Below, piece after piece: positions 49,097 to 58,051 of a stretch of 64,000 bases of DNA. Numbering within the stretch: the first letter of the stretch is position 1; each line of letters begins with the position of its first letter. The stretch is from Candidatus Poribacteria bacterium (GTDB taxonomy: Bacteria; Poribacteria; WGA-4E; PCPOR2b). The DNA lies in contig OZ240245.1 of the NCBI GenBank assembly GCA_965198175.1, positions 1,632,001 through 1,696,000 of the forward strand, read 5' to 3'. Under the pieces are notes generated by a model, which saw only the letters and a list, made by a program, of their open reading frames with translations, ran no database searches and was not told the DNA's origin. A program made the position numbers and the translations under genes.

Positions 49097-50116
49097 ATGA
49101 ATAGAGGAAAATATCTAGTTACGGTTTGCATTCGCGCCGGAATGTTATGCAGTGTTGCTTTATGGAGCAATGCTTGGTCACAGGCAGACCGAACCGCACA
49201 GATCGTCTTTGTGGCTTATGGACGAGGACTACACTTACATGGGAATCAGCCTGATATATTTATTATGGATATTAATGGGAAGCAGCAGAAAAATTTGACA
49301 AAGCACGCTAGCCGAGATTTACATCCAACATGGTCGCCGGACGGACGAAAGATTTCCTTCTCTTCAACTCGGGATAGAAATTCAAACATTTATGTAATGG
49401 ATGCAGATGGGAACAACGTCCAACGACTGACAAATCACCCAGGCAAGGACAGCGAGCCAGCCTGGGCACCCGTTGGAAATAAGATTGCTTTTTGCTCTTC
49501 CCGAGAAAGTATAATGGGATCTTCTAACATTTATGTGATGGATGCGGATGGTAAGAACGTCCGTAAACTGACAAATCATCTCGGGGGCGACTCTAGCCCG
49601 GCGTGGTCTCCAAATGGACGCAATATTGCTTTCAGATCTTGTCGTCAAGAAAGGGGCTGCGACATCTATGTGATGGATGCGGATGGAGAAAATGTACGCC
49701 GATTGACAGACCGTTTCGAATTCAATATTACGCCCGCGTGGTCTCCCAACGGTCGAAAGATTGCTTTTGTTGCTTACAGTGGCGACGACGATCGGGTTTC
49801 TGGCATCTACACCATGAACGCCGACGGCGGCGGCATTGCACGAGTTACTAATTATAGTGGCGGGGATCCTGTCTGGTCACCTGATGGTGGTCAACTCGCA
49901 TTTTACTCAAACAAGGACCCAGAAGGGGTTCCAAACAGCGACACAGAAATCTATGTGATAGACGCGGATGGGAAGAACGAGCGGCAGCTAACCCACAATC
50001 AGACTGGAGACGTATGTCCTGATTGGTTTGACCCGGCGGTTCCTCGCGCCGTTTCTTCTGTGGGTCGGCACGCTACCATTTGGGGGTGGGTAAAGCAGTT
50101 GAATCAGCCGAAATAG
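49097..50116 (+). CDS. Secreted TolB-like beta-propeller protein 4
   Basis: PD40 repeats; ends RAVSSVGRHATIWGWVK. Confidence 0.9.
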   Translation: MNRGKYLVTVCIRAGMLCSVALWSNAWSQADRTAQIVFVAYGRGLHLHGNQPDIFIMDINGKQQKNLTKHASRDLHPTWSPDGRKISFSSTRDRNSNIYVMDADGNNVQRLTNHPGKDSEPAWAPVGNKIAFCSSRESIMGSSNIYVMDADGKNVRKLTNHLGGDSSPAWSPNGRNIAFRSCRQERGCDIYVMDADGENVRRLTDRFEFNITPAWSPNGRKIAFVAYSGDDDRVSGIYTMNADGGGIARVTNYSGGDPVWSPDGGQLAFYSNKDPEGVPNSDTEIYVIDADGKNERQLTHNQTGDVCPDWFDPAVPRAVSSVGRHATIWGWVKQLNQPK

Positions 50117-50161
50117 GCGCATCAGGGACGGGGAACTTACCAGAAAACGCCGAGTGAGTTT

Positions 50162-50330
50162 ATGGTTCAGACCAGAGACGTATTGGTGGAAGCAGGCAAA
50201 GAATACCGGTTTGAAGCGACCTACACACCGACAGCGTCTTCACGCAAGTCGATTCGAGATGTCATTGAGCTTCATACCAACAGCAAAAAAAACAGCCCTT
50301 CCCGAAGTTCCCATTGTTCGGTCTCCCTTA
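50162..50330 (+). pseudogene. Gene remnant (Ig-like C-terminal fragment, possibly DUF1573-type)
   Basis: VEAGKEYRFEATY..IRDVIELHTNSKK with a probable frameshift in the A8 run at about 50285. Confidence 0.3.
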
Positions 50331-50596
50331 AACAACTCCTACAAGCACAAGTCTGGAAAGTTCGAGCATAACTCCAAACTGCAGTGTACAGCCAATACAT
50401 GTTATACTCGCAGTAAAATTCAGCGCATACCTCCATGCCTAAAGTCAAAAATCCTCAAGAAAATCTGTCTCGAATGCATCTGAAATGGTAACACCCAATT
50501 AATCCGCATTTTAGGGTTGACAAGCCGATTCAAAAAAGTGCTAGAAAAAACCGAAAAACTGCGTCTTGATAAGATATGACGGAGGAACATACAACA

Positions 50597-51001
50597 GTGA
50601 CGGCTGACAAGACACTTATTTTCCGTGTCCGAGCAGGTGATGAACAGGCGTTTACGGACCTAGTGGGGAGGTATCATGCCTTCGTTTATGCGATTGTTAC
50701 CGGAATCATGAAGAATTCCCACGACGCGGAAGAGGTTGCGCAAGATGTTTTCGTCAACGCCTATCGCGGTTTGCCACAGCTTAAGGATACGACCAAATTC
50801 AAAGGCTGGTTGGCGGAGATTGCCCGAAACAGCACGCGAGATTGGCTGCGAAAACAGCGTGTCAACACCGTTCCCTTGGATGAAGTGGACGAACACATGC
50901 TTCAATCCTCGGACTCCCTAAATGCGGTGTTGATACGCGACGAACAGAGAGCACTGACTTGCGGCGCAATGGACTGCGCTAATGGAAATGGAAGTGTGTA
51001 A
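50597..51001 (+). pseudogene. Truncated ECF sigma factor (sigma2 only)
   Basis: Aligns with the 43547 gene from GTG 50597 to EQRAL..AMD, then unrelated sequence and a stop; sigma4 absent. Confidence 0.8.
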
Positions 51002-51006
51002 GTCCT

Positions 51007-51492
51007 ATGAATGTGATTGTAGGGGTTTGTACCTTCGTGTTAGGAAAAGAAGCGGCCATAAAACTAGTGAAGAGAGATGTTACCTCTCATGCATACCCTG
51101 AATTATGAACAGAAGTTGCCTGTCGTGCCATTCTAGCTAGGGCGTTTGCTTTTGATAATGATATCGTTGCAGGTTACATTGGGCCTGCTAAAACGGGAAT
51201 TTGCAAAGAATCTATTGAGCGCAATCTCCGGAGCGTCGTATCCCTATATCAGGCTCCCCCTCCGAAAAGGGATGTTCTTTACCTACAACGAAACTCAGAG
51301 ATAAAAGGAGCGACGCCCGCACAGAATGAAGCGTATCGACATCTGCTCATTGAACGTGAAGTGGCAATTCGGCGCAATCAGAAATTGGCTATTACCGAAG
51401 AAATTGCCAACGTTTTGGGCGAATTCAAAGAAGAATACAAGGTTCGCATAGTTGGTAGTGACAGAAGATTGATGTCAGGTAACCCAGATTAG
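51007..51492 (+). pseudogene. Interrupted ORF of unknown family
   Basis: 161-codon frame with a single in-frame TGA at 51106-51108; missed by the ORF track. Confidence 0.4.
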
Positions 51493-51538
51493 CCTTCGTA
51501 TCAAACAGACGGAGATTACCTTAGGAGGAATTACAGAA

Positions 51539-52447
51539 ATGAAGAGTCAGGAAACTTATCACAATGTGTTTGTGATTATCCTTCTGTTGCTATGGCCCAC
51601 TTCCAAGGCTCTTGCACTTGAGCTTGAGCCGTCCCCGGCTGGGGGTGGCTGGCTCGAGGTCGAAAAGCGGGGTGGGTATGCAGTTGCTAACGACCATGAT
51701 GATTTTGACGCCAATCTAGTTGATGAAGCCACAATTGAAATGTGGATTTGCCTCAAAAGGCCACCCACGTGGCGCGAGTCGTGGGTTCTATTACACAAAG
51801 AAGGCTGCTATCTAGTAATATTAGGCGGGCATACTATTGACTTCTTTGGAGAAGTTAATCGCTTGGCGGCGGATCAGGTTTCTAATCTGACTTTCTACGT
51901 GGCGCATCCAAAAGGTCGTAAGAGAAGTTCACGCGCCCAGTTTAAGGAAGACCTACCGTTGAATGAGTGGCATCATCTGGCTTTTATTGTGGGTAACAGA
52001 GGAAACGCGCTCTATCTCAATGGAGTGCAGAAGCTCGGCGGTGCAGTTCCTCTGCCCGGTCCTTTGGCTGATTCAGAATTCCCACTATTTATTGGCGGGA
52101 CGGGCATCGTGGAGACTGAATTCTTGGCGAACGTCGATGCTAAGTGGAATAGATTTGGCTGGCTTCGATTTACCGGTGGCCTCATTGATGAAGTGAGAGT
52201 CTCAAACATAGCCCGCTATCTACCGGCGGAGTTTTTTGTTGCGACACCACGCGGTCGATTGGAAGCTGATGAAAACACGCTTGCCCTCTGGCATTTTGAT
52301 GGAGGGCGATCTGAATGGCTCAAGGATGCTTCCGGAAACGGACACACGTTGACTGATGTGGATTTGGCATATTTACATGTCGAGGGTCATGGGAAACTAT
52401 CCACGCTTTGGGGGAAAATCAAAAAACGTGAAGCGATGTCACGTTAG
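51539..52447 (+). CDS. Secreted LamG-like jellyroll protein with C-terminal motif
   Basis: Signal peptide, TIEMW, WHHLAF, GLIDEVRVSNIARY, TLALWHFD; ends LHVEGHGKLSTLWGKIK. Confidence 0.85.
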   Translation: MKSQETYHNVFVIILLLLWPTSKALALELEPSPAGGGWLEVEKRGGYAVANDHDDFDANLVDEATIEMWICLKRPPTWRESWVLLHKEGCYLVILGGHTIDFFGEVNRLAADQVSNLTFYVAHPKGRKRSSRAQFKEDLPLNEWHHLAFIVGNRGNALYLNGVQKLGGAVPLPGPLADSEFPLFIGGTGIVETEFLANVDAKWNRFGWLRFTGGLIDEVRVSNIARYLPAEFFVATPRGRLEADENTLALWHFDGGRSEWLKDASGNGHTLTDVDLAYLHVEGHGKLSTLWGKIKKREAMSR

Positions 52448-52515
52448 GAGGACCGCTTGGCTGGGGTTTTTCGGTATGTGGTTAGTGCCGTTCTGTTTCC
52501 GTTTCTAACTCTAGT

Positions 52516-53606
52516 TAGGAGTTACGCGGAGCAGATAGACACGGACAGTAAAAAGCAGTAAAATAAGGAACGAGGAGGTAAGTATGGTGAAACCAACCCG
52601 GCTTGATTACTGTCAGTATCTGCTGAGCAGTCCAATTAACTATACCTTAACGCACTTCGCCGACCACAGCGAAGATTTCAGTCATGATATGATAAACCGT
52701 TATCTGGCGGGAGATTGTATTCCTCCTCGCTTGGTGTGGGAAAACGTTAAACCTCATCTGGTTCAAGTTGAAGAAGGATATGTCATCTTTGATGACACGG
52801 TTTTAGATAAAAAGCACGCTAGGCATATTGAGTTAGTACGTCGTCAATACAGTGGCAACGCCCGGGGTGTTATCAACGGCATCGGAGTAGTTACTTGTGT
52901 CTATGTGAATCCACTGCTAGACCGTTTCTGGGTAATTGACTACCGGATTTACGACCCAGAAGGAGACGGCAAAACGAAGTTAGACCACGTCAGAGACATG
53001 TTATCTCTACTGGTCTACCAGAGACAACTTCTCTTTCAAGCAGTGCTAATGGACAGTTGGTATGCTACCAAAACCGTGATGCTACACATTGAAAACTTGG
53101 GAAAAGTCTACTACTGCCCACTAAAAACCAATCGGCTGGTTGACGATTCAAACGCCAATAAACCGTACCAACGCATTGACAACTTAGCTTGGACACCGAC
53201 CGAACTTCATGAAGGCAAACGTATCAAAATCAAAGGGTTTCCCAGAGACCACAAGGTGAAATTATTTCGGGTGGCGTCTGATACCGGACGCACGGATTAT
53301 GTCGTCACTAACGACTTAGCACAAAACGACACTTCAGTGACACAACAGGCGTGTAACTGGCGGTGGAAGATTGAGCAATTTCACCGTGAAGCCAAACAAC
53401 TCACCGGTCTCGAAAAATGTCAATGTCGATTGGCACGGATTGTTCGCAACCATATCGGTTGTGCATTGTTAGTTTGGATTCGACTTGCAACTATGGCGTA
53501 CCAGACTGGACGAACCATTTATCAGGTTAAACACGGGATGCTGCAAGCGTATTTACGACAACAGTTAAAATCTCCGGCTATTAACATGGTGCTTGCGTAA
53601 GTCCTA
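52516..53606 (+). mobile_element. IS701-family insertion sequence
   Basis: Terminal inverted repeats TAGGAGTTACGC (52516-27) and GCGTAAGTCCTA (53595-606), 11/12 match; no flanking direct repeat. Confidence 0.85.
52584..53600 (+). CDS. DDE transposase, IS701 family
   Basis: IFDDTVLDK, RRQYSGN, LMDSWY, RWKIEQFHREAKQLTG. Confidence 0.92.
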   Translation: MVKPTRLDYCQYLLSSPINYTLTHFADHSEDFSHDMINRYLAGDCIPPRLVWENVKPHLVQVEEGYVIFDDTVLDKKHARHIELVRRQYSGNARGVINGIGVVTCVYVNPLLDRFWVIDYRIYDPEGDGKTKLDHVRDMLSLLVYQRQLLFQAVLMDSWYATKTVMLHIENLGKVYYCPLKTNRLVDDSNANKPYQRIDNLAWTPTELHEGKRIKIKGFPRDHKVKLFRVASDTGRTDYVVTNDLAQNDTSVTQQACNWRWKIEQFHREAKQLTGLEKCQCRLARIVRNHIGCALLVWIRLATMAYQTGRTIYQVKHGMLQAYLRQQLKSPAINMVLA

Positions 53607-53608
53607 TT

Positions 53609-53932
53609 ATTGTTAGAATGAGCATTTTCAACAAGTTGAATTTTTCAGTTGTCTTGGGTGTTAAGGTTCCCCCGCCGAAAAAGCTTTTTCGACTTAAACG
53701 CTACAACGGTGACTACCATTTACACACCAACACAATTGAAGAGCAAGAAGTAGAGGGTTTTCACATTCACACCGCGACAGAGAAATATCAGATGAACGGG
53801 ACAAGAGAGGAAGATTACGCTGAACCGACAAAACGCTTTAATGATGTCAACGGTGCTTTGACATGTCTTTTTGCGGATGCAAATTTTGAAGACCCTTATG
53901 AGTTACAGGGCACCTTATTTGAGGAGGGCTAA
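53609..53932 (+). pseudogene. Probably 5'-truncated hypothetical gene cut by the IS right end
   Basis: Frame open from the IS end (IVRMSIFNKLNFSV..FRLKRYNG..HTN..FHIH.ATEKYQ); no RBS; looks like the C-terminal part of a longer protein. Confidence 0.6.
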
Positions 53933-53935
53933 GCA

Positions 53936-54706
53936 ATGTCGATAAAATCTATAGAACAAGACTTTATTGATAAAGTCTCGGCGAAGGTTCGGGTTTTACC
54001 TGATGGCATGGACCGTTTTCGCGTGTTTACCCCTTTCCGGTTTGACGACGGCGACCATATAACCATCGTTCTAAAAAAAGAACAAGCCAGTTGGGTACTC
54101 TCGGACGAAGGGCATACCTACATGCACCTTACCTACGATATTAGTGAAAAGAAATTATTTAGTGGAACACGCCATCAAATTATATTGAACGCCCTATCTA
54201 CGTTTAAGGTTGAAGATCGTTTTGGCGAACTAATTTTTAAGATTCGGGATGCGCGCTTTGGTGATGCGTTATACTCCTTTGCTCAAGCACTTGTGAGAAT
54301 AGGTGATGTCTTGTGCTTGTCAACGCAGAATGTACAATCTACATTTATGGATGACTTTCAGGCACTGTTGTATGAAAATGTTCCGGAGCCGCGCAGGAAT
54401 TTCAACTGGAGCCATCCAGAACATGATCCCGAATGCATATACTCAGTAGATTGCCGAATCAACGGAATGCCGGAGTCACTCTTCGTGTATGCGCTCCCTA
54501 GTAACACTAGGGTCAGAGACGCCACAATTGCGCTGCAACAATTCAAAGCGTGGGATATACCATTTTGTCCACTGGGCATCTTTGACGATCGGGAGGAATA
54601 CAGTCGCAAAGTACTGGCGCGCTTCAATCCAGTGTGCGAGAAGCAGTTTCCCAAGTTTTACGAAAACCGAGAAGAGATTGGAGATTATCTAGGTCGGTAT
54701 ATCTGA
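53936..54706 (+). CDS. DUF1828-like protein
   Basis: TPFRFDDGDHI and LSDEGHT motifs; GAGGAGG RBS. Confidence 0.75.
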   Translation: MSIKSIEQDFIDKVSAKVRVLPDGMDRFRVFTPFRFDDGDHITIVLKKEQASWVLSDEGHTYMHLTYDISEKKLFSGTRHQIILNALSTFKVEDRFGELIFKIRDARFGDALYSFAQALVRIGDVLCLSTQNVQSTFMDDFQALLYENVPEPRRNFNWSHPEHDPECIYSVDCRINGMPESLFVYALPSNTRVRDATIALQQFKAWDIPFCPLGIFDDREEYSRKVLARFNPVCEKQFPKFYENREEIGDYLGRYI

Positions 54707-54895
54707 GAATTCCCAGATTTACAACAACATTGCGGAATCGGATTGAAGGAGATTCATGATTGGGTAGCGCCAGAAGTTTATCGGGTTGTAGCGCGACTAG
54801 AGGCTGAACGCAAGAAAAGCGACATTCAGCCTCTTGTGGAAAGGCTGCAAGATATTTTATTGACATGGCGCAAGTAATTTAATGGGAGCAGCGAA

Positions 54896-57800
54896 ATGGA
54901 CACGATAGGACAAAAGGAATTCTTGACACAGCGGCGCGTGATTTCATTCTTCCAACTTGCCCTGGGCTATAACTCTCTTGGCAATTGGAAGGAGCGCACC
55001 GGCAATCGCAACGTCGAGGATAAGCATCTCATCCGCTGGTTGAAGGATCAGGGGCACAGTGACAAAATCATTGAGAGAGCTGTATCTCAGGTACATAAGG
55101 CTGCCGCGCTCGGCGGGAGCAGAACGCTCTATGACGCTAACCGCGAGGTCTATGGCTTGCTCCGATACGGCGTAAAGGTTCAGCCTGAAGTGGGCGAGCA
55201 ACACAAGACGGTTTGGCTCATCGACTGGGAAAACCCCACCAACAACCACTTCGGCATCGCCGAGGAGGTGACCGTTTCCGGGGAAAACGTCAAGCGCCCC
55301 GACATCGTGCTCTACGTCAACGGAATTGCGCTCGGAGTGCTGGAATTAAAGCGTTCCACGGTGTCGGTTGCCGAGGGCATCCGCCAGAACCTCGACAACC
55401 AAAAGCCGGAATTTATCGGTCACTTCTTTTCGACGGTGCAACTTTTAATGGCGGGGAACACGAGCGAGGGAGTACGCTACGGTGTGATTGGGACGCCTGA
55501 GAAACACTGGCTGCGCTGGAAAGAAACCGACGACATTACCGACGACCCCTTGCTTCGGGAGTTACGTCAACTCTGTAACAAGGAACGGATGCTTGAACTG
55601 CTGCACGACTTCGTCGTTTTCGATGCCGGGATGAAGAAAATCTGCCGTCATAATCAGTATTTCGGCGTGAAGGCGGCACAAGCGCGCATCAAGAAGCGGG
55701 AGGGCGGCATCATCTGGCATGCACAAGGCAGCGGAAAGAGCCTGACTATGGTCTGGTTAGCGAAATGGATTCGCGAGAACGTGACCAATGGTCGTGCACT
55801 GATTATCACGGACCGCACCGAACTCGATGAACAGATTGAGAGGGTTTTCAAGGGCGTCAACGAGGATATCTACCGTACTCAGAGCGGTACTGACTTGGTA
55901 GGCGCACTGGGTGACACGACTAAATGGTTAGTCTGTTCGCTAATCCACAAGTTCGGAAAGTCGGGGGAAATTAGTGACCAAGATGTGGAGAAATATGTTG
56001 AGGAAATCAAACAGAATCTGCCCGCCGATTTTCACCCCCGCGGCGAGTTATTCGTCTTTGTGGATGAATGCCACCGCACACAGTCGGGCAAACTCCACAA
56101 GGCGATGAAGGCTATTTTACCGGGGGCAATGTCTATCGGCTTCACCGGCACCCCACTGCTCAAGCGCGACAAACCCCAGAGTATCGAAACCTTCGGTCCG
56201 TACATCCACACCTACAAGTACGACGAGGCGGTTGAAGATAACGTTGTCCTTGACCTACGTTATGAGGCACGGGACATTGACCAGCACATCACCTCGCAGA
56301 AACGGATTGATGAGTGGTTTGATCGCAAGACACGTGGGTTGGCTGATGTGCCAAAGGCACAACTCAAACAGCGTTGGGGCACGATGCAGAAAGTCCTGAG
56401 TTCACGGGATAGGTTGAACCAGATTGTCGCTGATATTCTGATGGACATGGAGAGACGCGATCGATTAGTGAGCGGTCGAGGAAACGCAATGCTGATATCC
56501 GACAGCATTTACTCGGCATGCCGGTTTTATGAGATGTTTCAGGGAACTCCACTGCAGGGTAAATGCGCTATTGTGACCTCCTACAATCCGTCTCCGTCTG
56601 CCATCAAAGGTGAGGAAACTGGCGAGGGATTAACCGAAAAACTTCTCAAATATAACATCTACCGGAAGATGCTCGCGGCGCACTTTGGCGAACCGGAAAA
56701 CGCTGCGATGCACAAGGCAGATCTGTTCGAGCAAGAGGTCAAGAAGCGTTTCGTCGAAGAGCCGAGACAGATGAAACTCCTGATTGTTGTGGACAAACTG
56801 CTAACCGGTTTCGACGCTCCGCCAGCGACTTATCTGTACATTGATAAGCACATGCAGGACCACGGTCTGTTTCAGGCAATCTGCCGGGTCAACCGTCTTG
56901 ACGGCGAAGACAAGGAATACGGCTACATCATCGACTACAAGGACCTGTTCCGCTCACTAGAACAGTCAATCTCGGACTACACCGGAGAAGCCTTCGCCGC
57001 TTACGACCCGGAAGACGTACAGGGGCTGCTGGAAAACCGACTTGAGAAGGCACGCGAACGGCTTGAGGAGGTACGCGAGGCAGTCAAGGCGCTCTGCGAA
57101 CCGGTTGAACCGCCACGCGACACGGCGGCTTACCTGCGTTTCTTCTGCGCCGTCGAGAGCGGCAACGCCGAGCAGCTTAAAGCCAACGAGCAAAAGCGCC
57201 TAACCCTCTACAAACTGGTTGCGGGGTTCCTTCGCGCCTACGCCAATGTAGCTAACGAGATGTGTGAGGCGGGTTATAGCCATGCCGAGGCACAGGAAAT
57301 CAGAGACGGAGTGGACTACTACGAGAAGGTGCGGCAGGAAGTCAAGCTGGCGAGCGGCGACTATATTGACCTGAAAATGTATGAACCAGCTATGCGTCAT
57401 CTGCTGGACACCTACATCCGGGCGGAGGAGAGTGAGACACTCTCCGAGTTCGATGACCTGACGCTGGTGGAACTGATTGTTAAGCGTGGCGAAGCCGCAG
57501 TTGATTTGCTGCCCGGGGGAATCAAGAAAAATCGCAAAACCGCGGCGGAAACGATTGACAATAATGTCCGTCGGGTGATTATCGACCGGACTCCAGAGAA
57601 TCCCAAATATTATGAGAACATGTCCAAGTTGCTTGATGCTCTTATCCAACAGCGAAAAGAGGAAGCAATTGACTACAGAACGTATCTGGCTAAAATCGTC
57701 GAACTGACTAAGCGGATCGATACCTATGAGACTAGGAAATCCTATCCTCCTGAAATTAACAGCGGAGCGCAACGGGCGTTATTCGACAACATAGAGATAT

Positions 57801-58051
57801 CCGACGATTCGGAGATTGCAGAGACGCTCGGTCAGAACGAAAGTTCCCGATACCGAGTGATCAGAGCGCGGGCAGCAATTGCACTGGATCAGGCTATCCT
57901 CAATTCGAAGGAAGACGATTGGAGAGGACACAGACTCAAAGAACGGAAAGTACGCCAAGCAATGGCTAAGGTTGTCGCGCAAGAATTTAGTGAGTTCGCT
58001 GTTGACCTTAACGCCCTCTTTGAGCTAGTGAAGAATCAGCATGAGTATTGA
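54896..58051 (+). CDS. hsdR: Type I restriction enzyme R subunit
   Basis: RPDIVLYVNGI..LELK nuclease, HAQGSGKS, DECHR, GFTGTP, LLTGFDAP, QAICRVNR. Confidence 0.96.
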   Translation: MDTIGQKEFLTQRRVISFFQLALGYNSLGNWKERTGNRNVEDKHLIRWLKDQGHSDKIIERAVSQVHKAAALGGSRTLYDANREVYGLLRYGVKVQPEVGEQHKTVWLIDWENPTNNHFGIAEEVTVSGENVKRPDIVLYVNGIALGVLELKRSTVSVAEGIRQNLDNQKPEFIGHFFSTVQLLMAGNTSEGVRYGVIGTPEKHWLRWKETDDITDDPLLRELRQLCNKERMLELLHDFVVFDAGMKKICRHNQYFGVKAAQARIKKREGGIIWHAQGSGKSLTMVWLAKWIRENVTNGRALIITDRTELDEQIERVFKGVNEDIYRTQSGTDLVGALGDTTKWLVCSLIHKFGKSGEISDQDVEKYVEEIKQNLPADFHPRGELFVFVDECHRTQSGKLHKAMKAILPGAMSIGFTGTPLLKRDKPQSIETFGPYIHTYKYDEAVEDNVVLDLRYEARDIDQHITSQKRIDEWFDRKTRGLADVPKAQLKQRWGTMQKVLSSRDRLNQIVADILMDMERRDRLVSGRGNAMLISDSIYSACRFYEMFQGTPLQGKCAIVTSYNPSPSAIKGEETGEGLTEKLLKYNIYRKMLAAHFGEPENAAMHKADLFEQEVKKRFVEEPRQMKLLIVVDKLLTGFDAPPATYLYIDKHMQDHGLFQAICRVNRLDGEDKEYGYIIDYKDLFRSLEQSISDYTGEAFAAYDPEDVQGLLENRLEKARERLEEVREAVKALCEPVEPPRDTAAYLRFFCAVESGNAEQLKANEQKRLTLYKLVAGFLRAYANVANEMCEAGYSHAEAQEIRDGVDYYEKVRQEVKLASGDYIDLKMYEPAMRHLLDTYIRAEESETLSEFDDLTLVELIVKRGEAAVDLLPGGIKKNRKTAAETIDNNVRRVIIDRTPENPKYYENMSKLLDALIQQRKEEAIDYRTYLAKIVELTKRIDTYETRKSYPPEINSGAQRALFDNIEISDDSEIAETLGQNESSRYRVIRARAAIALDQAILNSKEDDWRGHRLKERKVRQAMAKVVAQEFSEFAVDLNALFELVKNQHEY

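Noticed and set aside
38093..50116. Diversity-generating retroelement or CRISPR array behind the many repeats
   Set aside because: No reverse transcriptase or cas genes, no adenine-specific template/variable pair seen, and the repeats are in-frame protein repeats, not repeat-spacer units.
51106..51108. Selenocysteine recoding of the in-frame TGA (also TGA at 54704)
   Set aside because: No redox-motif context or evident SECIS hairpin immediately downstream; a nonsense mutation or gene remnant is simpler.
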